DNA of 63,539 nucleotides, filler included, from Choristocarpus tenellus KU-1152 (Eukaryota > Protista > Phaeophyceae), in NCBI GenBank assembly GCA_964200185.2. It is 9 parts of 9 records of this genome, joined end to end, with 100 filler letters (N's around TTAATTAATTAA, not from the genome) between each part and the next. Parts side by side here need not be neighbours in the genome. Positions count along the whole stretch, not along the records: positions 7,688 to 14,610 come from CAXNAD020007052.1; positions 14,711 to 23,356 come from CAXNAD020004490.1; 7 more parts are not named here. One strand, written 5' to 3'. Shown here piece after piece: positions 12,829-23,456 of this stretch (its first letter is position 1; the number at the start of each line of letters is the position of its first letter). The translations under genes were made by a program, and so were the position numbers. The notes under the pieces are model-generated. The model did not search any database. It had not been told where the DNA came from and saw nothing but the letters and a program-made list of their open reading frames with translations.

Positions 12829-13887
12829 ATTGGCTCCGGGAATCTTGTTGCAGATGGTCCAGAGGCTAAGTGAGAGTTGTATGACTCTCGGTGAGGTGTT
12901 GAGATGTTGAGTGATGATGGGGGGGCGTTGTGCCTCCTGTCGGGCACAGCGTATCCACTGAAAATGGGCCCAAAAAGGGTCCTTTTTTTCGGTTCCACTT
13001 CTTCTCGGAACAGATTCAGGACTATTTCGGAGTAAAATGAGAAAACCGAAAATTTCCTCCGAACAAACATATCCACAGATTCAATTTGAGTTATACACCA
13101 CTGGGAAAGTCTTCGTATTCGTGAACAAACAGACAAAACAAAAAGTGAAAGTTCATAATGTCGCAGACTTACGGGACGGAGAGAGAATGTTCTTTTGTGT
13201 AAAACAAAAACTTAGATCGACAGGACTGCAGGCAGACCAACACTTGTACTAGGACTATTTTCGGGTGAGTAGTTGATAATACTATATAATAGTTGAAACA
13301 TCTTGTGATGAAAGGTAATGAATGCTTGTTTTGTACGTTTTCAAGCCTCCATTTCCTTTTTTCATGATCGTGCTCTGTAAACCTTTCCCACCCCGATATA
13401 TATATATATATATACTTTGAAGTACATACATGTTTTTGATGCACCATAATATCTGAACAAACTCTTGTGGGTGCATATTGCTTTGTGGTGGGTGATGTCG
13501 TACCTACCCTTTAATTAGTGCACTGTATTTGTCCACACATGAAGGGACCTACCCACGTAGGCCTACTATACGTGCTCTGATCTGTGCGCCCTCCCACTGA
13601 GACTCAGTTGTTCATATATCCATGGTTGAAGGCTCGTGGGCTAGTGGTATTGTTTCACATGTCGGACAGGTCATGATGCAACTCATTTGTACAACACAAA
13701 CCAATGGACAAAAAAATGCATAGATGCTTTTTTGTGTAAAGGTTAAATGAGTGGTGAAGATATACAAATCATATCTACCCAGGAATCTTATACCACAAAT
13801 CATGTACGGGTACATCTCAATGACGAGGGATGATATACAAATCCTGATTGGTGGATATAACGTTGTTGGTTACCATGTACACATGAT

Positions 13888-14130
13888 TTGTAGAGAAGAT
13901 TGAGGATAGAGAGGTAGCAGAATAATTTCATCAGGTGAGTATGTCTTCACTCGTTTTACTATCTCAGAAGATATAGGATACCAATGATGCATACAAATAA
14001 AAAAATTCAAATCAGACTCCAATCTACCAGTTAATTCTTTCAAAGATACTGATATCACTCACCATTTTATCAGCATGTATATTTGATTTGTCCCTATCTG
14101 CTAAGAGAAATAAATTGTGTATCACTGATC
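13888..14130 (-). pseudogene. hemH: Ferrochelatase fragment of alphaproteobacterial type
   Basis: [37 protein letters not shown] matches the HemH segment [36 protein letters not shown]; frameshifted FISLSR/NQIY relics upstream; ~33% GC (hand count 13891-14060); no introns, no other hemH parts nearby. Confidence 0.75.
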
Positions 14131-14410
14131 TGTCCCTACCTCATCTTGACATAAATCTTACTTTGTGATTTAACAGGAAAGAATATTGGGGTCTCTCAGC
14201 TTTCATATGTTGAAAGCATGTACCTGTATGCTATTCTGTATTTCATTGGTCAGTGCTTGCATTTTGCGTATTGGTACCACCGCTCCTGCGTTAAAAGAAC
14301 ATGTACAAACATTTGTTGGTATGACTCATCCTCTGTATAACGTGTACAAGCATCTGTCGTACCATTCAACTGTACATGAAAGATGTACAAATAATTGTAT
14401 TTACCGGTCT

Positions 14411-14553
14411 GAGCCAAAGTAAACGAGAAGTACCCAGTTTTGGCCGTTTTTCATTTTAAGCGGTTTTTTCACCTTTTACAATACCCTCATACCTCTTCTA
14501 TGGATGGAGAGCTAAAGCTGTCTTGAGAGCATTGATTTTTCTGTTGTATGAAA
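14411..14553. mobile_element. MITE subfamily B, one arm, interrupted by a subfamily D copy
   Basis: Colinear with the reverse complement of 3013-3270 (GAGCCAAAGTAAACGAGA...cttgagagc...gaaa). Confidence 0.75.
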
Positions 14554-14610
14554 GACCCAAAGTATCTGGGAGGGGGGGAGGGGTCTACACTAGGGTGTCC
14601 ATTTGGACCA
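14554..14610. mobile_element. MITE subfamily D, truncated by gap
   Basis: GACCCAAAGTATCTGGGAGGGGGG...CTACACTAGGGTGTCCATTTGGACCA matches the reverse complement of the right end of 40047-40227. Confidence 0.85.
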
Positions 14611-14769
14611 NNNNNNNNNNNNNNNNNNNNNNNNNNNNNNNNNNNNNNNNNNNNTTAATTAATTAANNNNNNNNNNNNNNNNNNNNNNNNNNNNNNNNNN
14701 NNNNNNNNNNGGAGGGGGAGGGGGAGGGAGGTGGAAGGGAAGAAAGGGTTCTCTTTCAACGGTTCTTAC

Positions 14770-17700
14770 CAACAGAGGTTTGGAGGCCGATCTCGGCAAG
14801 GCCAATGAAGGCCCCCATGGCGGCCTCCACTGCCCTCTCGCAGTCATTGACGTGGGATGCAGAGGGAACCCCCCAGCATGCAATCATCACACAGCCCTGA
14901 AATGGTGGCAGGTAATTTTTTGAGCGGATCGACAGTACGCCGACAAATCGATTGCACGTGCGTTGATACCACGCACCATTTGATTAGCAAAAACGCCGAG
15001 CAGAGTATGTATGGGAAAGTAGTGGGAAGAGATTTGTAGATTGGGGGGGGACAGTAGAATTGTGGTTAGAGCCTTACGGTGTTTTTTTTTTCATTTAGTC
15101 CTAACCCTAACCCTAATCCTAATCCTAACCCTAACAACAAGATTCGGCTGCTTTGCTGAAGCACCTTATCATCAATCAGGAACTGCCTCAGGAAACCTCC
15201 TTGACGGGCAATCTCCCTCCTCACGGTGACAAAGAAGGGCGCCACACTCTGGAGGTCCCTGTGCAGGGTCTCTGAGTAGGAGTCCCACCTGAGAAAAAAT
15301 GCCGTTACCTTCCTGCACTCAGACAGCACAAACAGGTATAGATATAGACAGACAGGCAGATAGAAAGACAGACAGACAAGCAGACAGACAGAAAGACAGA
15401 CAGACAAACAAGCAGACAGACAAGCAGAAAGACAGACAGACAGACAAGACAGGCACACAGACATATATGTTGTGTTTCTTTTTTTTTGGCTAGTGCGTGC
15501 GAAGGGGTACAAATACGCAATACTGCCCTAATTCCAACAAAGTGCAAAATAGATTTGAAGCATTCTTGTTGATGGGCTGGGAAGAACCTGACAGAAGCCA
15601 AAGTCCGCAGTTCGGGTGGCAGACTAGTGGCAGAGTGGGAGCAAAGACACAAGAGGGTGAAAGCGAAAGTGAAAGCGAACGCGAACGCCTGTCAGTCAAT
15701 CACAAACAAAGAAAAAAAATGGGAAAAAAAAATAGTTCAAAAAGCGTTTTTTTTCTTCTAAATCCAATAGCCTCTCTTTCCCGCCGGAAAAAAATCCCTT
15801 CCAAGTATCAACAAAGAGTAGAGCACAGTACGACGTACCGCTTACAAAAATAAAAATGCATAAGAAACACACACACACACACACACACACAGACAGACAC
15901 ACACAAAAAAAAAGCACTCACACACTTTCGCTCTTTCGCTCTCTCTCTCTCTCACCGCAATTCAATAAACAAGAAATACGAAACTCGCCTGATCTCCGCC
16001 GTCCGATCTAGGGCACCAGTAGCCATGATCAAGTTGATAGGAGTCGGAACGAAGCGTTGGAGGGTGGCGATCAGACATGAGTCCAATGTAACCCTTGCCC
16101 CACCCCCTCGGGTCGTGGCCTCCATCGCTTTCACTGCGGCTGTCAGCTGGCGGAGCCCTTCTCCACCCCCTCCCCCCCGGAGAGGCAATCGGCGTAGGGC
16201 TTCCACGGCAAAGTTTACTGGCCGGAGTTCCATTCCGGTCAGGGTGAGACCCTCCAACTTGAGGTGTCCAGAGGAGGAAAGGACATCTCCTCGAACACAG
16301 TCTCTCACCTGGTTCAGGCACAGGGAGTGCAGTACGGCTTCGTCCAATCCGGCTGCATCCAATGCTTGTGTTGCCTGAGGTTGGGGGGGGTGGGGGGGTG
16401 GGGGGGTGGGGGTTGTCAGACTTTGCAAGCATATGCTTGAAGTTGCATGCAAGAAGCTGATTGTGGACTGAGATGCAGTGGTGACCAATCCACAGAAGAA
16501 TGAAGACAGGTCCCAAACCCTTTGCCAAGAGTTTAGCAACATCGACGGAAAAAAATTCTGCCAAGAAATTACTGTTCTCTCAAGGTTCAGGGAGACTTTG
16601 TTGAATCACTTAGGATGTGAGAAGGATGCTCGAATGCAGAAGTATGTACACATAGTTTGTTGTAACTGACAAACTTGCCCTGGTATCGGCATATACCCGA
16701 ACTCTCATCTACCCTTGGAGTCCTGTTCCATTGCCCTTTATCTATCCGACCCTGCTGTTGACAAATAGAGATAAAATTTCTGAGGCCTATTCTCAAAAAT
16801 GCAGTAAGGGAAAACATCAAGAAGAAAGGGAGATACACCACACACAGAAAAATATGAGATTCATGATGATGAAGGCGTTCACGCCCCATACCAAGCCACG
16901 CCTACATAAAAAAAATTGTTCAACAATAATTGAACATGGAATTGAAGCACCGACAGGTCAGAGAACGCCATTTCCCCCAAGAAGCGTGTAAGTCACTTCT
17001 CTTTACTATGAAACGGTTTGCATTGAAGAATCGTTTTTTTTCTACACACAAAAGATCACAATCACAGTAAACAGACCTGACTGATAGCCTCCCCACTGGC
17101 GAGACACTCCAGTTCAGACCCCCTCCTGTGACCCATCACTGCAAAACAGAGCTCTCCCACGCCTATTGCAGCGTGAACTCCCAAGCGGCGATTGCGTCCC
17201 CGGTGCAGTACTGCTAGACAGCAGCTCACCGCCTGAAGGGCCACTGTGCGGAGGTCCCTCCTTCCTTCGCAAGGGAAGACACAGTGAATCGCATCTCCGG
17301 CCACTTTGAGAATATCTCCCTCGAAGAAGTAGACCAAGTTCACCAGGGAGCCCATGCACTCGTTCATTGCCAAGACCAGGTCGTCCAATCCATCTTGCCT
17401 GCAGGCGGAGTAGTTAGGGAAGGGGTGAAAGATGGCCATGCACTATCATGAGACCTGAAACTGGCATCAGGTTGAAACTATGGTGGTCTTTGTATACCCT
17501 TCTCCACACCAAAATGCAGGTTTCAATTGATGGGATTAGAGATAGAACCATGGGTGGGATAACTGGCATCAGGTTGAAACTATGGTGGTCTTTGTATATC
17601 CTTCTCCACAGCACAATGCAGGTTTCAATTGATGGGATTAGAGATAGAACCATAGGTGGGATAATGGCAAGCCTGATCAAGTACAAGGCATTTCACTGAA

Positions 17701-18451
17701 CTCGTCACATTTGCATTTGCATTTGCATTTGCACAATCTACAACAACACATCTACGGTGGAAGTATCGGATCGAATCTTCCACCCAGATAACCAGTCTCA
17801 CTCCATCTCTACTCACCCCTTCCCGCTGAGCTCCTCTGATAGGGCAGAGAATCCGGATATGTCTACCACAAGGCATGCTGCCTTGCAGAAGTAACTCAAC
17901 GGATGCATGTCATCCGTCACATTGTGCAGGTTGTCAGCGAGGAAGGTGATGAGCATGTCAGGGACAAATCGCCTCAAGGTATTGACATCCTTCAGCATGA
18001 AGGAAGATCGCTCCCCCCGACGAAGAGGTTGCTGCTGTGTCTTAGAAAGGCGACCATCGCGACCAAGCCACGAATCACCTCCAACACGTGACATGGTGCT
18101 TGCAACTGTGACCTGACCCTTGCCATCGATTCTGCTGGCTCCACCTCTCCCATCTAAAGCTCTCCCCTGTTGGCTACTGCTCTGATAGCTGCTGTAGGTA
18201 CCCAAGCTTCCAGAACGGCGATCGATTTCCATAGGATCCGCACCGGCATCGTATGCTCTGGCGTGCAGCATCGCATGCACTGGTGGCACTGGTGGAGCGG
18301 AGAGTCTCTCTGGCATGTTAGGAGGCGGGCACGGCTGGTTGGAAGTAGGCAGGGACGGCTGCTCACAAGTGGTCACCTCGAATCCTATCGTTTCTCCTTG
18401 GTTGGTCAACGCTACGTCTGAGTGTTGCTCTTCAGCTGGGCATTTACCCAT
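14770..18451 (-). CDS. ADCY10: Soluble adenylyl cyclase-like protein (class III, tandem C1/C2), 3' truncated by gap; exons 18451-17817, 17398-17077, 16374-15989, 15312-15165, 14896-14770
   Basis: Motifs VVDISGFSALSE, GDILKVAGDAI, LGVHAAIGVGEL, AEIR|KVTAFF, RQFLIDDK|GCVMIACWGVP..H..DCERAV. All junctions in phase; the start ATG is tentative. Symbol indicates family, not proven orthology. Confidence 0.9.
15100..15134 (+). repeat. Interstitial telomere-like (CCCTAA)n in intron; shorter runs at ~26400, 27369-27385 (TTAGGG), ~49610, 56658-56672
   Basis: cctaaccctaaccctaatcctaatcctaaccctaac read directly. Confidence 0.8.
15345..15462 (+). repeat. Degenerate (CAGA)n microsatellite in cyclase intron; (CA)n/(CT)n at 15867-15953
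   Basis: Read directly. Confidence 0.9.
17459..17662 (+). repeat. 102-bp tandem duplication in cyclase intron 1
   Basis: Two near-identical copies, 17459-17560 and 17561-17662. Confidence 0.95.
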
Positions 18452-19057
18452 GGAAACACAGGCCTCTTCCAGATTCCTCTCAGTTTGATTGCACGACAGT
18501 GACAAAGAATGCGTTTGTGACTGCTCTCGGCTAAACAGAGCGGGTGACCAATACTTGACCACGTCTCTCCTTCAAAATATCCTTTCCTGGAGCAGTAGTA
18601 TATCCAGTCTAAGCCCGAGTTGGACCCCTTTCCCTCCTCCTCAGACCCACTGGCAATTACCGAGATCTCAGTAACCTTGCCCCGACAACATGATTGGCCC
18701 GATTCTGGAGTATTTCTTGACCCTCAGATAAGCTGAAGCACCATGCAGTAGATATAAAGTATCATGAAGCCCTCCAAGAGATATAATCCCTTAAACTCGT
18801 TGCATTCCGTGGTTGCTCTCTGACATGAGTACGGGAAAGACCACTCGAATGACTGACACTTCGCACTGCTTTCAACAATGATTTTCTGATTTCGTGTGCG
18901 AGTATCACAAGTGATCAGACACCGAGGTGTTGTAGGCGTCTGAAAAAAAGGTCATCACCTGGAAGGACCTACAGCAGTAGACCCGGTTGCTGGGTGGTGA
19001 TCCAGTAGAGAGCAGAGGAGTTGATCTTCCAAACCTCGGGTATATTTGTATTTTTGC

Positions 19058-19727
19058 GCGCGAAACGAAACGTCAACACGTCAATACTACACGCCTCCAA
19101 ATTTGAAAAAAGAAAACTTTCAACAAATGGTCGCCGTCCGTCCACCCATCCACAAAGCGTCCTCTACTAAATGGTCATGTCACAACTTAACACAAACTTA
19201 AGAACTAAAGAGCATCTTCGGACAAACTTGAGAGGAAGGGGCAACATCCCCCGACTCGAGGCTTACTCATACACTGCAAATTATGGTAGGTGAATTTTTT
19301 TGTGGTAGTTTATTTTTGGCTTACGTTTGCCCCAATATATATGCTCTATCTGTTATGGTGTAGAGGGGATGGTGTGAGGCCACATCATACATCTCGAACG
19401 TCTACCGGTTGCATTTGTCGTAATAATAAGAGAAACAAGGTTTGAATCGACCTTTGTTGCTGATAATTTATTTACTCTGCAAAATGGCCTTGTGTGTAGA
19501 AGGGATCTGGAGGTAACTCGTCAACCCTCCAAGATTGGTACGGTATGGAGTGTCACGGGAGTGTGCGGGTTAGATAATAGGTGCCATCCGGATGTTATGG
19601 AAAAACACATTTTTTTTTCACGCGTAGGTTCCGGTGCACGTGATTGGAAATGCATGTATTTGTGGTGGGCTAAAGTAAAGGCCACTCCATCCTTCAATAC
19701 GTCCCCAAACTGACATCGGTTTCGCGC
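19058..19727. promoter_or_regulatory. Divergent promoter region (cyclase / cyclin) with two E2F-consensus octamers
   Basis: GCGCGAAA at 19058-19065 and TTTCGCGC at 19720-19727 (consensus TTTSSCGC) between head-to-head genes; function inferred only. Confidence 0.35.
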
Positions 19728-19870
19728 CTCATACCCTTCTTGTTAATGGCCTGCTCTTTCGAGTGCTAAGGCCTTCATTTGCCACAATCTACTCTCTATC
19801 ATGGCAGCTCTGGATTGGTTTCACTCCATTGATATCATCCCTTTGTTTTTTTCCCCATTTTTTTCGGGGA

Positions 19871-22800
19871 ATGGATAAACAGATAATGCTGGACGATACG
19901 GAAGATGCCATTAGGGCTGACAAGGCATGGGAGAAGAAAGGGTGGTATTTCACGGAAGAGGAGGTCGAGCGTTCCCCTTCTTGGAATGACAACATGTCAT
20001 CGGATGAGGAGAAGCAGCTGCGGCGCAAGACACATACTTTGGTCTTCAAATTTGGATCAATCCTAAACACGAATATGCTGCTTCTGTGCTCGGCGATGTT
20101 CATGCTGCACAGGACGATGTGCCAAGTATCATTTCGACGAGTTGATCGTGTGGTGAGCACCCCGCCTCTTGGTTTCTGTAATTTATCTTTTACACGTCCA
20201 GTGAGAAGTACCGTTCAGGAATTGTTTCCCGGCCAAACCCCCTCTGCTTAAAGAGGTGTTCACCGTTCAAGCATATTTGGCGATATTGATCCTCTTGTTG
20301 GCGAGAGACAATCAGTTCGCACCAATCGGGAGATTGTTGAATTCAGGCCATGTGGAATATATCGGATGCTTCTTATTATTAACGAGATAAAATACTCTAG
20401 ATTTATGTCTTAGTGGAAAACTTGAAACGAGGGTAAGAATCCACTTGTTTCAAAAGAATTAGATGGAAATGACTCTTGGCCTATGCTCCGACGACATAGA
20501 TCCAATCTGGTGCATGGGATAAAGAGGTACAATATTGTTATTACTCTCTCTGTACAACATCAGTTCGAACAGGTTGGGGGGCAGGATATAAATTGACAAG
20601 ATGGTACTATCAGAATTTAATAAATCTTGTGCCAGCCTTGCAAAACCAAGTAGGTTACCCTAAAATCTCTGTGGAAACCCACATTCATTGACTACCAATT
20701 CTATGCTCCGTACGTTCACTTTGAAATGGCTTCCGTACGCAGTGGTAAAATAAAAAAAAATAGTTTTTTTAAATAGTCATCTATTCACAGCATTCAGACT
20801 GATGCTGAAGAGAGGAAATGCATTGTTAGGGCAGTGGTGTGAAATTGATTTATTATGAAGTCCAAATGGTATGGATGGGGTGGCTGACATATATTCTTGA
20901 GCATCTTTTGGTTCAACAAGGACTGGAGAGTAAATAGTCGAATTCATTGCATTGGGATGAGGTGCTGAAAACTTCCAGCTTATTTAAAGCTCTTCATGGT
21001 AGATTTGTGTATATGGATACATATATATGTCGGTGATGGAAGCTAATGGCGTTGATCTTGTTTATCTCAAGGCCTGTCATTCACAGAATTCATTTTACGT
21101 TTATAGTTGAGAAGATATTGGGACACCATTTTGAACAGAGGTGCTGTTCTTTATACTCCCTACAGTTTTTAATCAAAGTATTATCATGTGAGGGAGCCTA
21201 CAGGTTGTTCAGTCTATGTTTGGTAGGTAGTGGGACATCAATTACCCAATGCACAACATGCAGAGAGGATACTGGTAGATATGTATTTGTTTGAGAGGGA
21301 TGCAAATCTTTCCTCATGTGAAAAAGGAAAAGACATGAGAACAGATAGGTTACACAGTACTTCTCACCCCAAGTTTTGATGTGCTGCTGTACTAGTGTGG
21401 TCCAACTAGGTACACAAAAGTATGTAAATACTCATTTTTTTGCACAAGTAGATGTGTGGATTTTTGGTTCATTTTTAATTTAAAGGTTGAGATTGCACAT
21501 GAAATTTGGATTATAATCAGTGAACATAAGTCACTATACTTTTGTAATAATGACCACATTTGCTTATATATTTTTTTGTGTTTTTTTGTTAATGGCAGTT
21601 ACAAATTCAAACAGGTTACACTTATCTTCTAACTTGCATCATGCCACATTTTTTGTAGAAAAGCAGTGGTTTGGGGCAATCTTCTTTCAATGGTCGTTCA
21701 TGAACCTTAGTTTTCCACTTCTGACTGAGCTACTCCCCCACCACTTAAAAATATTATTTTATTGATCTTAAAAAATGAATAATATGAAAATAAAAACAAA
21801 GCAGATTGGATTCGTAATACTTGGTGTTATCGTAATTTCTACAATATTTACTTTTGCTATATAAAATATTGTTACAGCAGCAAAAAAATGCAAGTTTTGT
21901 GATTGGGTCGCTTTACATAAATCTATCTTCTATAAAATATTTTATAAAGTTAGTTACTTCGAGCTTTCAAAATAGTAATTTTCTCAATACCATCAATTTC
22001 TGCACTAAGTTTGCTAAAAAAATTCTGTCTTCACCTCTCTTTCCATAAAACTTTATAATTCTTTGTCTAATTTTTTCCTATGAAGCAGTAAATAATTCTG
22101 GGTTATGGACAGAATTAAAGTTTAGAAGTTGATATTTGGTCTTGTTTCTTTTTCTGGAGATTTTTTTTTTTTTTTTAATTATGTTACTGCCTTGACCTGT
22201 CCTACGAACCAGGTGAGTTTTTTGTTCATTGAAAGCATTTTTTTTTTTTTGAACTGCAGATATATTTTCAAACGGCAGAAACTACTCTTACGATAATAAT
22301 GCTATGGTGAGTGTGATTATTTTTTTAGAAGAGTCTGCTATTCGATATTTTGTAATCCCTTACAGAGTGGTACTACTTTACACAACTCTTATTATGGTCA
22401 TTAATTTTTTTTCATCTACGTGCAACTCTTATTATGGTCCAGTTTTTTTCCTTGTTTGGTTCATGGGTTGGACCTTGCTTCTTTTTTTTTTGTCTATATT
22501 GACATAAATCGTTACTCCTATCTCTTTACACACCTCACTATTTTCTTGTAGTATGTGCAACTTTTGTAACAGTCTATTTTTTTGTTTTTGTTTGTTTGGT
22601 TCATGGATTGGTCCCCGCTTCTTTTTTTTTTCCTCTCTATGTTGACATCTAAGGACATATCGTACCTCCCATCGCTTTTTTATTTGTAGTATACTGCGGC
22701 TGCCGGTGTCTTCTTGGCATCTAAGATTGAAGAGGCTCGCCTAAATCTGAAAGACATGGTGTATGCAGCCTACTCCATCCGCTTCGGGAATGACGCTCGC

Positions 22801-23356
22801 CCCAGCTCAAGGGTGAGGTGGTGAGGTGGTTTGCTATGCCTATCCCTTGAGTTTTGTGTGTCTCTGGAGTTCCCTTGCTTGCGTGGCGTTGTTTGATCTT
22901 GAAGGTCCTAACCCTAGAGGTCTAGATTGTGTTCTATTCCCTTGAACAGGTTTTGTATGTAGTGGGTGAGAATGTGAATACACGTGTGTGACCCATAAAT
23001 AAGCATGTTTGACTGTGGATCTTAAACCCCTTGGATTGATCTTTTGTTGTGCCTGGACTCTGTTGATTCTTTTTCTTTTACGTCCCACTTCCCTGTGTCT
23101 GCCTATCTCCTCTACGTTACACCCCACCAGTAGGGGTTGTATACTCGAGGGTTGGTCTACTGAAGAAGGTAGTGGAGAGGTAGATTTTTTTTTTGTTCCT
23201 CAGTAATACTCTCATGTTGTGTTAATCTATCCTTGGCTGCACATTTTGCTGTTAATACTTTGCTGTTCACCGTACCCGCCTTTTAATGCCTACAAAACCT
23301 CCTGGTTCTCTGAACAGGAGTATGAGGCCTTTCGTGAAGGCATACTGAAGATGGAG
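19871..23356 (+). CDS. Transcriptional cyclin (cyclin T/K/L family), 3' truncated; exons 19871-20152, 22690-22812, 23318-23356+
   Basis: WYFTEEEVERSPS..DNMSSDEEKQLRRK, MLHR, |YTAAAGVFLASKIEE, |EYEAFREGILKME; phase-0 junctions. Confidence 0.9.
21745..22160 (-). pseudogene. AT-rich decayed fragment resembling a group II intron reverse transcriptase N-terminus
   Basis: ~25% GC (hand count). Ordered, frameshifted relics NPELFTAS*EKIR, SAEIDG, RR*IYVKRPNHKT, NIVEITI..QVL.E.PI, FSYYSFF resemble RT0-RT2 motifs (PELLxxAYxKI, AGIDG, RRxYIPKPNGK, KIVQxAIxQVLEPI, FSxxSxGFR). Confidence 0.4.
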
Positions 23357-23456
23357 NNNNNNNNNNNNNNNNNNNNNNNNNNNNNNNNNNNNNNNNNNNN
23401 TTAATTAATTAANNNNNNNNNNNNNNNNNNNNNNNNNNNNNNNNNNNNNNNNNNNN

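Noticed and set aside
13019-13034. Mariner TIR candidate (GGACTATTTCGGAGTA)
   Set aside because: No matching inverted partner found on the other side of the transposase.
15299-15917. ORFs with CLSV/DRQT/ES repeats
   Set aside because: Translations of intronic microsatellites.
20260-20720. Second foreign-looking stretch in the cyclin intron
   Set aside because: No recognisable motif in the frames I translated.
21680-21745. tRNA-like start GGGGAGTAGCTCAGTC on the minus strand
   Set aside because: No T-loop GTTCRA and no closing acceptor stem.
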